The translations under genes were made by a program, and so were the position numbers. Shown in pieces: positions 9,421 to 19,307 of a stretch of 60,601 nt of DNA; within the stretch, counting starts at the first letter, position 1; the number at the start of each line of letters is the position of its first letter. Origin of the DNA: a virus (taxonomy: Duplodnaviria > Caudoviricetes); the IMG/VR virus record IMGVR_UViG_3300037511_000207, positions 1 to 60,601 of that record. The stretch is one strand, 5' to 3'. Under the pieces are notes generated by a model. The model was given only the letters and a program-made list of their open reading frames with translations. It ran no database searches and was not told the origin of the DNA.

Positions 9421-10962
9421 TCATTTCTTCCCCGTGCTCTCCTGTGTCCGCTGCTTGGTGGCGATCTTCGCGGCGCCTGCGGCGCCCGGCGCCCCGGCGG
9501 GCGGCACGTCATCCGGTTCCCCGGCGCTCGTCACGTCGTCGCGGCTGTCCTCAGGCTTCTCGCCGGTGAGCTCGATGGTGGTGCCCTTGGCGCGCGCGGC
9601 GGCGATCTGCCCTGCCCCGAAGCCCATGTCCCAATACGCCTTGTCGGCGTTCGCCATGGCGGTGCGGGTCTGGGCCTTCTCGTTCTCGGAAGTGGCCCAC
9701 AGCGAGGGCCATATGACTTGCACAGGCTTGCCGCCGTTCACGGCCGTGAGCACCTTGTTGAGCTTGGGTCCCAGGCCGTATTTTTGGTCGTTCTCCACGT
9801 CGCTGTAGAACTGCGCCAGGTCGGTGTTGCCGCTGGCGTTGGCGTTCAGGCCGCTCGGTGAGCTCGAGAAGAAGATTCGCGCGGGCGTGCCGGCGGCACC
9901 GGCCACGGCCACCATGAACTGCTGCATGACAGCAGGGACGTCCGTGAGGGACACCTCGGTGCGCGTGTAGTCCTCGTTGTTGTCCGCATCGAGGAACATC
10001 ATCCGGTGGACGGACTTGGTCCGCTGCAACACCTGCAGGCGGTCCTCGATAATGGCGCGGTCCTCGCTCGCCAAGGCCTCCACGAGGCCCGCCAGCTTCA
10101 TGACGCCGATGCTGGCGTCCTGCAGCATGTTGCTCAGGGCGCTCCACGCCAGGCCGTACTGCGCGATCACGTTGAGCACAGGCGTCAGCACACTCACGCC
10201 GATCTCGGGGTAGTCCCCGATCAGGTCCGTGGCGGTGTTGGGCACGCGCAGCGGACGCCCGCTGAAGCGGATGCCGCGGCTGCTGTGGAACACCTGCCCG
10301 ACGCGCGGGTGCGGCGGACCGCTGCCATTGGCGATGATCTCGTAGAGCTCCGGCATGCCAAAGTCCCCGCGGGATGGGTCCGCGAATCGGGTCAGGCAGC
10401 GCAGCTCGGCCTGCGAGATCACGTCGAAGAAATTGATCCCGCCGGCGGCCTGCTCCGGGGTGAGCGCGCTGGCGGGGTTGCCGAGGGCGTACCCGCACAA
10501 GAGGACCGAGCCGCCATAGGCGCGGCCGTCGTTCACCGCGCGCTGGAAGGCGCCGTGGGGGAACCGTTCGGTGAAGTTGAGCGCCTGCCACTCTTGCAGG
10601 AGCTCTTCGCCAGCATCGGGGGTGTCGCCCGCGATCCCGAAGCCACGGACCATGGCGATGCTGGGGCGGAGCTCGATAATGCGATCCGCGAGCCAGTCGA
10701 AGGTGTAGAGCTTGTCGACGGTCTGCGCGGACGGGATACGCCCGCCCCCGTAGAGGAGCTGGCGCGTCGGATCATAGCCCTCGATCCCGAGCCCGGACAC
10801 CGGGTTGCCCCAGGCGCCCACCGCCACGCCCGAGGGGCACAGCGCGGCGCTCGTACCGGCGGCGGTGGAATCGGCGCGGACCGCGTCGATGGCGGTGGCG
10901 GCGCGGGTGACGGCGGCAGAGGCGGCGGAAAGTATGCGGTCGCGGAATCCCATGGTTTTCAT
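9421..10962 (-). CDS. Portal protein (DUF1073-like)
   Basis: RAYGGSVL, FGMPELYEI, FHSSR, SPSGLNA motifs; 513 aa; upstream of the minor head gene. Confidence 0.85.
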   Translation of the reverse strand: MKTMGFRDRILSAASAAVTRAATAIDAVRADSTAAGTSAALCPSGVAVGAWGNPVSGLGIEGYDPTRQLLYGGGRIPSAQTVDKLYTFDWLADRIIELRPSIAMVRGFGIAGDTPDAGEELLQEWQALNFTERFPHGAFQRAVNDGRAYGGSVLLCGYALGNPASALTPEQAAGGINFFDVISQAELRCLTRFADPSRGDFGMPELYEIIANGSGPPHPRVGQVFHSSRGIRFSGRPLRVPNTATDLIGDYPEIGVSVLTPVLNVIAQYGLAWSALSNMLQDASIGVMKLAGLVEALASEDRAIIEDRLQVLQRTKSVHRMMFLDADNNEDYTRTEVSLTDVPAVMQQFMVAVAGAAGTPARIFFSSSPSGLNANASGNTDLAQFYSDVENDQKYGLGPKLNKVLTAVNGGKPVQVIWPSLWATSENEKAQTRTAMANADKAYWDMGFGAGQIAAARAKGTTIELTGEKPEDSRDDVTSAGEPDDVPPAGAPGAAGAAKIATKQRTQESTGKK

Positions 10963-10966
10963 TCAG

Positions 10967-11005
10967 AGTGTAGCATTGGGTCGGTCTGCGGTCACGCTGC
11001 GGTCA
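10967..11005 (-). promoter_or_regulatory. Promoter overlapped by tandem TGACCGCA motifs
   Basis: GTGACC-N17-TACACT with extended -10 TG. Confidence 0.55.
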
Positions 11006-11554
11006 TTTTCCGTCGGAGTCGCGGACGGGCACGTGGCCCTTGCCGGGCACCCAGAAACCCCAGCCCGCCCGAGTGCCGTCGGGGCGCCGCGCGAGCGGCC
11101 CGCACACGAAGAGGGTCCAGACTCCCCGCGCGCCCGGGCCGGGGTGGAGCTCGGCGATCCGGTGATATCGGTCTGCGACGATCCAGTTGAGCCAACGGAC
11201 GCGGCGGTGATAAGCCCGGCCAACATGGCGATAGGGGTGGTCGTGGCCCCAGCAGCACCAGCGCCTCTCGATTTGCTCGGGTGTCTCGAAGATCTCTTCG
11301 GTGTAGCTCCCCCACAGAACAATGCTGAAGCTCCACGAGCTCGGATGGGAATGGTGGCCCGGCGCATCCGGGGCATGGAACTTGTGGAGGTACACGCGCC
11401 AGGGGTTGTGCCCGCTGGGGCCCTGCTCGCGCAAGGAGTAGCGATCGAGGTACGGCGCACCGTCGTGGCGGATGTGGCGGACCCAGCCAAAGGGCAGCCA
11501 CGAGGGGAGGACGCGCGCCAGAGCAGCGATGCGGGTGCGAATGTTGGTTGTCAT
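11003..11554 (-). CDS. Cupin-like hypothetical protein
   Basis: YLHKF...HHSHP...SIVLWGSYTEE...YHRI. Confidence 0.6.
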   Translation of the reverse strand: MTTNIRTRIAALARVLPSWLPFGWVRHIRHDGAPYLDRYSLREQGPSGHNPWRVYLHKFHAPDAPGHHSHPSSWSFSIVLWGSYTEEIFETPEQIERRWCCWGHDHPYRHVGRAYHRRVRWLNWIVADRYHRIAELHPGPGARGVWTLFVCGPLARRPDGTRAGWGFWVPGKGHVPVRDSDGK

Positions 11555-11858
11555 CAATCCACCTGTTCCTGAATCAGTCGGTCTCGGTCTGCTTCGATGA
11601 TCTCGGCCAGTCTGCAAGCGACCATGTAATCGATGAACCCTTGCGGGAACATGTCGATGCTTCCGTTGCCGTTCATTTCGACGCCTCCGTGTACCTCGAG
11701 CGCGCGAGGCGCTCCGTGAGCCAGTCACCCACCGTGCCCGCGCCACCGGGCAGCACCGCGGTCGGCGTCCTTCGTGAGCATGCGAAGCTGGTCGCGAACG
11801 ACCGCAATCAGATTGACCTCGGGCAGGGTGCCCTCGCACTTGGCTTGGCGTGTGGTTT

Positions 11859-12529
<671 letters not shown>

Positions 12530-12533
<4 letters not shown>

Positions 12534-13051
12534 TTTCCTAGCTTCCAGTCGAATTTGGTGGTGGTTGCCTGCAGCACCAAGGCAGCGCGCGCGATGCCGA
12601 TGGCGTCGAGCACGTCGCCGTGGCGCGACGCAGGCACATTATTAGCTATGACCGCACGCTCACCTGCGGTCAAATTGCCCGCGATCTTTTTCTGTACCTG
12701 TTCCTTCGTCAGGCCTGCGCCGTAGCCCAACGCGGCACGCCAGTCCTGTGGGAGGATGGCGAGGCTGCGCGCCGCCGGCACACACGCGAGCGTGAACCCA
12801 GCACGGAAGGCGAGTTGGAGGATGCTGCGAGGGTCGGCGGGGCGCGCCGCCCGCCGCCCGCCACCGCGCGCGGGGAAGATCCACTGCAGCTCGGTGGCGG
12901 CGATGTCCCACCCCTGCCCGCCCGGGCCGGCCCAGATCCATTCCGTGCCGGCCCCGACCAGGCGGTGGCTGGCGCGCACCACCTCCCCCGTGGCGCCGTC
13001 GAGCTCGACAGCGCCCGGCTTCAGGCCAGGATCGATCGCCAGGATGTGCAT
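12530..13051 (-). CDS. RuvC-like Holliday junction resolvase
   Basis: ILAIDPG, ATE, PQDWR...KEQV, DVLDAIGIA. Confidence 0.75.
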
Positions 13052-13117
13052 GTCGGGTTCAGAGCCCCGCGACCGTGCGGCGGATGGCGCTACCGGCGAC
13101 CTGCGGGCACACTTCGG

Positions 13118-13558
13118 TCATTTTGCCACCTCTACGCGCCCGCTCGCCAGCGCGACACTACGATCGCCGGGCAAGATCTCCTGCCACGTGTCCGCCCACG
13201 GTCCCCGGAACGACAACACCCAGGTGCGGCCGCGGGAACGCACCATGTGCGTGGTAGATCGCAGCGTAATGACCGGGAAGATCGACGGCCAGTGGATGTC
13301 CAGACGCCGGAACGGATCGGGCTCGGTGCTGTGGTGATGGATCTCGTTCAGTTCACCTGACAGCACCCAACTGATGCAGTCGAAGGCGTGGCTGTGGTAG
13401 GCGTCGCGGCTGCCGTCCTCGAAGCGCAGCAGCACAATCGACCCGAGGCCCTTGAACTCGAACAGCCAGTGCGCCCACACAGCGCTCTCGGGGCCGCCGT
13501 CCTTGGTGACGCGCAGGATGTTGTGGCGGCGCGCCCACTGGCGCAGCGCGGCGATCAT
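13118..13558 (-). CDS. Cupin-like hypothetical protein
   Basis: YHSHAF...SWVLSGELNE...THMV. Confidence 0.6.
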   Translation of the reverse strand: MIAALRQWARRHNILRVTKDGGPESAVWAHWLFEFKGLGSIVLLRFEDGSRDAYHSHAFDCISWVLSGELNEIHHHSTEPDPFRRLDIHWPSIFPVITLRSTTHMVRSRGRTWVLSFRGPWADTWQEILPGDRSVALASGRVEVAK

Positions 13559-13736
13559 CGGGTAGCCTCCAGTTCTCGCACCAGCCCTGCGACACGCCAG
13601 ATCACTTCGTCACGGAGCGTGACGCGACCGGCGATCACGACACTACCCGCGTCCTGCAACACCTGCAGGATGCGGCGACGAAGCACCTTGCGGTCTTCCT
13701 TGGCGGCCACCTTGGCGACGTGCGACTTCCTGCGGT

Positions 13737-14147
13737 TCACTTGACCACCTCCGCGACGTTCTCGGTCGCCAGCACGGCGCGCGGGGCGCGCGGGGCGATC
13801 CCCAGTCGCTCGCACTCCTCTTGGGCGAACAGACTCGCGCGCCAGACCAGGTTGCCGAGCTCCTCGGTGAGGGCGTCCAGCGGCACCGCGTCGTCCCCGT
13901 ACCGGGTGCGGTACGCCACCATGGCAACGTAGTCCGTCAGATGCCGCACGATGCAGTCCTTGTGGTCGACGGACTTGCCGCGGGCGTGGTGCAGCGGCTC
14001 GCCGGGATTGTGTTTTTGATTTCCCTTGGCGCTGGTGGCGGCCATGAGCGCGAACGCGGCGGGGGCGTACTCGAGCGCGCCTGTCCAGAGCGGAATCTGC
14101 TTGCGAGCGGCGCTGTCGACGGGGAGTGGGCTGATCGGTTCGGTCAT
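13737..14147 (-). CDS. dATP/dGTP diphosphohydrolase-like protein (DUF5664-like)
   Basis: RKQIPLWTG...GNQKHNPGEPLH...DCIVRHL...WRA. Confidence 0.7.
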   Translation of the reverse strand: MTEPISPLPVDSAARKQIPLWTGALEYAPAAFALMAATSAKGNQKHNPGEPLHHARGKSVDHKDCIVRHLTDYVAMVAYRTRYGDDAVPLDALTEELGNLVWRASLFAQEECERLGIAPRAPRAVLATENVAEVVK

Positions 14148-15130
14148 GCTGCTTTCTGTGCCTTCTGCTGTTGGAGGTATTCATCGCACTGGGGTGTTCC
14201 CCAGATCAGTAGGTTGCCGGTGCCATCGACCACGCGCTCGGCGCTCTTGGACCACGTGGCACTGGCGCTCGCGGGGGCCTTCAGCCGCACGTCGGGGATC
14301 TTGCGGGCGCCGATGTTCTCGATCACCCAGGTGAGCTCGGCGGCGGCCTCGGTGACGCGCGGGATCGGGCACTCAAGCACCCATTGGTCGTAGGCGTGCA
14401 CCACCATCCGGCACCCGAACAGCGCGCTCTTGGGGTCGCTGTACGCTCGCCTCTGCAGCTCGAACGTGATGGCGCCGGCGGCGAGCGCCCCGAGGCCCTG
14501 GAACGGGCTGTTACACGCCGCGCAGTATGTCGCCCTGCCCCGCCGCACCACGCTCCCCACGCTGGGGTGGCCGATGATGACATGGTACATCCCGTCCTGG
14601 CGGCGCGTGCTGCGCATGGCGTCCAGGTAGTCCTGGTCGTTCGGGTTGGCGCGGCGCCAGAAGCCCCCGATCCGGACGGCCTCGGCCTCGGACTCCGCCT
14701 TGCTGGGCCTGTAGTTGTTGACCGCCATGGCACCGAGCTTGATCCCGTAGCTGGTCCGCGCGTAGCCGACCAACGTGCGATCCGCCATGCCGCCGGGCTT
14801 GCCGAAGCCTGGCACCTTGCTCAGGTTGCGGGTGTTTGCCATGGCGGCGTCCTTGCCGCCCGGGACCTTCTCGCCGGTGTCGGGGTCCTCGCCCTTGGCG
14901 AGCCGGAAGAAGTCCTTGTAGTCGAGGCCGGCCATCACGGCGCCGGTCACGCAGTGCAGATCCATGCCTGAGTTGATCTGCTTGGCCTTGCGCCAGTCGT
15001 TGAGCAACCAGATCTCGACCTGTGCCAGCGTGCAGAGCTCGAGCGCCTCGATGTCAGCGTCAATGAAGCAGAAGCCCGGGCGCGGGATGAAGCACTCCCG
15101 GACGCTGAAGTCGTTCACTTGCAGGGGCAT
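14144..15130 (-). CDS. DNA polymerase family A, C-terminal (palm/fingers) part
   Basis: VRECF, motif A DADIEALEL, DLH, motif B RNLSKVPGFG, NSPFQG, motif C variant HAYDQ. Confidence 0.85.
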   Translation of the reverse strand: MPLQVNDFSVRECFIPRPGFCFIDADIEALELCTLAQVEIWLLNDWRKAKQINSGMDLHCVTGAVMAGLDYKDFFRLAKGEDPDTGEKVPGGKDAAMANTRNLSKVPGFGKPGGMADRTLVGYARTSYGIKLGAMAVNNYRPSKAESEAEAVRIGGFWRRANPNDQDYLDAMRSTRRQDGMYHVIIGHPSVGSVVRRGRATYCAACNSPFQGLGALAAGAITFELQRRAYSDPKSALFGCRMVVHAYDQWVLECPIPRVTEAAAELTWVIENIGARKIPDVRLKAPASASATWSKSAERVVDGTGNLLIWGTPQCDEYLQQQKAQKAA

Positions 15131-15501
15131 CAGAGCACCTCCACGACAAGTCCTGCTGCGCGCGCCTGGCGCATACAGTCCGCTGTGCCTGGCCCACCGC
15201 GTGGGAACGCCAGCACCAGGGCGCCGAGCTCCACGGCGTGCGCCACCATGGCAGCGTTGCGAATCGGTCCGGCTGCGCGCACATTGCCGGCGCGTCGAGC
15301 GGCATCCCAATCGGCCCGGTGTACCTTGTACTGCTCAGGTCGCAGAGACGTCTTGCACCAATAGAGCGCCTTGGCATCCACACCTGTGGGGCAGTCGCCA
15401 AGAATGACGAAGTCGGGGTCGACGGCTTCGAGGCAGTCGATCACCCAGTCGGTGCTGACAGCTTCGCCATCGCGGGTTCCGGTCACCATCACGACTATCA
15501 C
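15130..15501 (-). CDS. SLOG-family (YspA/DUF2493-like) protein
   Basis: VTGTRD, GDCPTGVD, ADW, AGPIRNAAM, AFP..GTADC. Confidence 0.85.
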   Translation of the reverse strand: MIVVMVTGTRDGEAVSTDWVIDCLEAVDPDFVILGDCPTGVDAKALYWCKTSLRPEQYKVHRADWDAARRAGNVRAAGPIRNAAMVAHAVELGALVLAFPRGGPGTADCMRQARAAGLVVEVL

Positions 15502-17027
15502 GCTGCTTGCTGTTCCTCGCAGTGCGGGCATTGCATCACCACTTTCCCCTTCTTGACCTTGGCTGCGGTCTCGGGATCCAGGCTGACCTCGTGCTCGCAC
15601 GTCGGGCACGCAGCGAAGTAGAAGCTCGTGCGCCGGAAGTTGAGCGTATTGGGGTCGCTGCTCGTGATGCGCAGAGTGTTGGCGATCCCGATGCGGGTGT
15701 GCACCACGCCGCGCGCAAAGATGGCCATGTCCTTGCTCAGCAAGGTCACGTATTCGTTGTACTGTGCCCAGCTCTCGAGCTCGTGGTTCTGGCTGTCCTG
15801 CAGCACGTGGCGACTGGTGGCGATCTCGCCTCCGCCCTTCATTTTGCCGGTCTTCTTGTCCTTCTTCGGCTCGGTGCGCGGGGGGTTGCCTTCGTACGCT
15901 ACGCTGACCGCGGCCTTCAGGGCGCGGGTGTCCTTCTTCCACTGCGGCGCGCCCGTGGCGTCCAGCAGCTGCGTCTTGCAGCCCGGGCAGCCCTTGTGCT
16001 TGACTGCGCGGCGATCCCAGGCCGCCACCTTCTTCTCGGGAGCCTTATCGGGGTCGGGGCGACTCTCCCACCGCACCGGGCACACCTGCGCGGGGCGGTG
16101 GCCGGCTGTCAGCGCTGCGGCGTGGTCGGCCTTGGTGGCCTCGCGCTTGTCCCACTTGGCGGCCTTCTTGGGGTCGGTGGGGCGCTTGGCGGGGTCCGCC
16201 GGGCGGGTGCTGGCGGGCGCGTATTGGGGCTTCAGGAACCCGTTGGTGCGGGCGGCGTCTTGCAGGCGCGCCATGGCGGCGCGCGCCGCGGCACCGAGGT
16301 CCGCCACCGCAGCAGGGTTCACCTTGAGGCCGTAGGTCCGCCAGAGGTGGTGCCCGACGTAGGTCTGGACGGTCTGCGCGAGGTCCTCAAGACGCACTGT
16401 CACCGGGCCGCCGGGCGTCTTGGGGGTGCAGTGGCGCTCCACCATGCGGGCCGCCAGGGGCAGCATGACCTCGCCGTCGTAGTCGGCGTACCCGAACCAC
16501 GGATCGGGGATCTCGTCAGCCATGTACCAGAGCCCGAAGCTGGTGCGGACGTCCACCTTGGCGCCGGCGTGCGTCGGGTGCCAGTCGGGCACCGTGGCCT
16601 CGATCAGCTTGCTTGGCGGACGGATGCCGTACTGCTGCGCCACAGCGTCGAGCCCCAACGGCCCGCCGATGTCCCCACGCGCGATCTGCACCATGCGCTG
16701 CAGGTACATGGTGTCGAGCACCGCGCCTCGCTCGAGCGCGCCCCAGATCAGGTGCGAGAGCTCGGGGTACCACTCGAGCAGCACTCCGATATCGAACGGG
16801 CCGTTGTGGAACCAGATCTGGCTGCGGCTCGGGTCGAACACCATGGCGATGACGTCGCGGAGCTTGCGAGTGGGCACCACGTGGTGGGCGCCGTCAACGG
16901 TACCGTACTGCAGACACACCACTGGCGGGGCCTGCAGCGCGCGGTCGCCGATCGCAAAGGTCTCGGTGTCGCCGCCGATGGCGTCCCGCGGCAGGAGCGC
17001 CATGGCGCTCGGGAGGGCTTCACCCAC
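15498..17027 (-). CDS. DNA polymerase family A, N-terminal (3'-5' exonuclease/thumb) part with C-terminal Zn ribbon
   Basis: DTET, HNGPFD, YADYD exonuclease motifs; TLRITSSDPN; CPTC...CPHC. Confidence 0.85.
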   Translation of the reverse strand: MGEALPSAMALLPRDAIGGDTETFAIGDRALQAPPVVCLQYGTVDGAHHVVPTRKLRDVIAMVFDPSRSQIWFHNGPFDIGVLLEWYPELSHLIWGALERGAVLDTMYLQRMVQIARGDIGGPLGLDAVAQQYGIRPPSKLIEATVPDWHPTHAGAKVDVRTSFGLWYMADEIPDPWFGYADYDGEVMLPLAARMVERHCTPKTPGGPVTVRLEDLAQTVQTYVGHHLWRTYGLKVNPAAVADLGAAARAAMARLQDAARTNGFLKPQYAPASTRPADPAKRPTDPKKAAKWDKREATKADHAAALTAGHRPAQVCPVRWESRPDPDKAPEKKVAAWDRRAVKHKGCPGCKTQLLDATGAPQWKKDTRALKAAVSVAYEGNPPRTEPKKDKKTGKMKGGGEIATSRHVLQDSQNHELESWAQYNEYVTLLSKDMAIFARGVVHTRIGIANTLRITSSDPNTLNFRRTSFYFAACPTCEHEVSLDPETAAKVKKGKVVMQCPHCEEQQAA

Positions 17028-17667
17028 GAGACCACTCCGCCAATCGAATGAGCTCCCGTGCGAACCGCTCCGGCGTGGCGCTTGCGGCGCGCTTGCTCAG
17101 CGTCGGCTTGTTGCGATCGAACCACCCGACCTGGTGCGTGCCGGGCTGGCGGCGCCAGTCGAGTTCGAACGGCGGGCGCGCCCCGCAATAGAGGAGCCAG
17201 GTCCGCTTGCGCGCGCGGTGGCCGTAGGCGGACTGCCAAACCTCACAAGTCCAGCCAATGCTATCGCGGTACGGGTCGCGCTCGAGTGTCCACCCCGTGC
17301 AGTTGCCTGCTACCGCGTCAGCGTGCTCGCCGGGAAAGAAAGTCTTGGGGGTCGTGAGCCCGTGCGCGTCCCACGCATGGGAGCTCGCCGGGTGCTCGAG
17401 TACGCCACCGTGCTGGCGCACCGACGCCAGCGCGCTCGCGAAGCATCCTCCGTCGTCCCCGCCCGGATACCAGGCAGGCAGTTGGCGGCCGTACCGCTTC
17501 CAGTTGACCGCGGCCATGTTGACCCAGAGCTGGCAAGGCGGATGCGCCACCACGGGGTGTGGGCCAGCGTACGACCGCGCGTCGCGGGTCTCGTCCCAGC
17601 AGAGATCCGTCCCCAGCAGCTCAGGGTAGTGACCCCGCGGATCGATGAACAGGGCGGCAACGGTCAA
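17020..17667 (-). CDS. Putative cytosine methyltransferase-like protein
   Basis: VAALF, AHPPCQ, VLEHP, HRARKRTWL. Confidence 0.55.
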   Translation of the reverse strand: MTVAALFIDPRGHYPELLGTDLCWDETRDARSYAGPHPVVAHPPCQLWVNMAAVNWKRYGRQLPAWYPGGDDGGCFASALASVRQHGGVLEHPASSHAWDAHGLTTPKTFFPGEHADAVAGNCTGWTLERDPYRDSIGWTCEVWQSAYGHRARKRTWLLYCGARPPFELDWRRQPGTHQVGWFDRNKPTLSKRAASATPERFARELIRLAEWSRG

Positions 17668-17975
17668 GGATACCCCCGCCCCATGCGGCGCGCCTTGGCT
17701 TCGCGCTTCGCGGCGCGGGCCGCGGCCGCCACCGTCTCGTCGCTCAGGTACTGTGGGTGCGCGGGTGTTGCGGTCGTGGTGGCGCGACGTACCGGGCCCG
17801 GGGTGTCGAAGGTGGTGCGCCAGTCAATGACCCGCCCGCCCTCGCGGATGGCCCACACGATCCAGCGCGTGCCGCGGCCGTCCACTTGGATCGTCGCGGG
17901 AATCTCCGTTGCGCCCGGCACCCAGCGCGGGCCGTTGGGCGCGAGGTAATCGGGGGCTGTGAATGGCAGGGTCAC
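17664..17975 (-). CDS. Hypothetical protein
   Basis: Coupled start/stop overlaps. Confidence 0.5.
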   Translation of the reverse strand: MTLPFTAPDYLAPNGPRWVPGATEIPATIQVDGRGTRWIVWAIREGGRVIDWRTTFDTPGPVRRATTTATPAHPQYLSDETVAAAARAAKREAKARRMGRGYP

Positions 17976-18253
17976 AGCGCGCCCCGTTCCTTCCGGAGCC
18001 GCTCGATCTCAGTATCCAGTTCGATGGCGCGGCGTTCGCGTTGAGCGCGGCGAGTTGCTTCGCACTCGAAGCCGTTCGCCTCCAACCAACGATCACAGCG
18101 AATGTGAGCCGCCGTTCCGCCACTGCGGGTCGGGTTGAGCCCGGCATTGGTGATCGCTTTGATCAACTCGACGGCGGAGCTCAGCTTGTTGGCGTTGTCA
18201 GAACAACGCCAATCACACTTCTCGTCTTCGTATTCTCTTCCGTGGTGACTCAT
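17972..18253 (-). CDS. Hypothetical protein
   Basis: Coupled overlap with the downstream gene. Confidence 0.5.
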   Translation of the reverse strand: MSHHGREYEDEKCDWRCSDNANKLSSAVELIKAITNAGLNPTRSGGTAAHIRCDRWLEANGFECEATRRAQRERRAIELDTEIERLRKERGAL

Positions 18254-18344
18254 ATCGTCCTCGGTTCCATCCCGCACCCCGCCGGCCATGGCGGGGTGCG
18301 GTCATTCTGCGGTCAGATTCACTCAGCGCGATGGCGGTGTGCGA

Positions 18345-18923
18345 TCACGCCGCCTGTTGCTGTGCAGCCTGCTGCGCGGCGCTGGCGACCAGGAACGTGT
18401 CGCGCGGGAAGATCTTCGGGGACCCGTCCGCGTTCTTGTGCTTGATCACGCCTTCCTTGTTCGGCTTGCAGGGCTCGAGCGCACGCTGCCCACGGAACGC
18501 CAGGTCGAGGTCCACGCCCTCCACGGCCGGCGCGGTCGCCGTCGCGGGGGTGCCCTTGCTCAGGCCCATGAGCTCGCCCAGGGCCTCGGCCGCGTTGAAC
18601 GTCACCACGTTGGTGGCGCCGTTCACCGCCATCAGCAGGGGCGTCACCTTCTCCCAGAACATGTTGAAGTCCACGTCGCTGCTGCCGGGGAAGTACGCGA
18701 GGGTGTAGGTCGCGCCCTCGGGCACCAGCTCGCTGCTGCTGCGGGTGATCTGGAACTTGAACTCGTACAGGTTGCCGGCCTTGGGGGCCCGCTGCTTGCT
18801 GACGCGCTTCAGGATGGCGTCGTACTGCACTTCCACGTCGGGGAGCTTCGGGGTCCGGGTGCCGGCGGCCACCTTCTTGGGGTCGTAGCTCTTGGCGAGG
18901 TCGTCATCTCCGATATCGTACAT
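18345..18923 (-). CDS. Hypothetical protein, possible ssDNA-binding protein
   Basis: Strongly GC3-biased codons; located in the replication block. Confidence 0.45.
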   Translation of the reverse strand: MYDIGDDDLAKSYDPKKVAAGTRTPKLPDVEVQYDAILKRVSKQRAPKAGNLYEFKFQITRSSSELVPEGATYTLAYFPGSSDVDFNMFWEKVTPLLMAVNGATNVVTFNAAEALGELMGLSKGTPATATAPAVEGVDLDLAFRGQRALEPCKPNKEGVIKHKNADGSPKIFPRDTFLVASAAQQAAQQQAA

Positions 18924-19036
18924 GATCTAATGGATCCGTTTCTTTGGTTGCTTGTTGTGTCGTTGGGTTGTCAGCACCGCGCGCCTGACGCCCCACCCCA
19001 TGCGTGGGTTTCGCTGCGCGCGCGGTGCGGTCATAG

Positions 19037-19133
19037 GGGCGGATGTTGGGATTTGCACCCAATCAGCAGCGAGCCGGCCTAGCCCGTGATCTGCACCAGG
19101 TTCTGGTGAGCTCTCTTGCGCTCAGCATCCGCC
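19037..19133 (-). ncRNA. tRNA-like RNA (8-bp acceptor stem, 5-bp T stem, non-canonical central arms)
   Basis: GGCGGATG/CATCCGCC, GAGC/GCTC D stem, TTGGG-TGCAAAT-CCCAA T arm; intergenic. Confidence 0.6.
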
Positions 19134-19140
19134 ATAAAAT

Positions 19141-19305
19141 TCATTCGAACCAGAAATGACAATGAACACAGCGTCGAGCCCAGCCTGTGTAGTGTCGGCA
19201 CTTCCAGTTAGATTGGCCACAACTAGGGCAGCGATCCAGTAACCGCCACCACAGTCTCTGCCACCAGCGCGCAGGCTGCATTTGCTGCGAACCAAACATG
19301 TTCAT
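19141..19305 (-). CDS. Small Zn-ribbon protein
   Basis: CPSC...CVHC. Confidence 0.45.
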   Translation of the reverse strand: MNMFGSQQMQPARWWQRLWWRLLDRCPSCGQSNWKCRHYTGWARRCVHCHFWFE

Positions 19306-19307
19306 GC

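Noticed and set aside
15130-15501. Intron or intein in polA
   Set aside because: The insert is fully coding with coupled start/stop overlaps; no splice-junction residues or RNA core are visible
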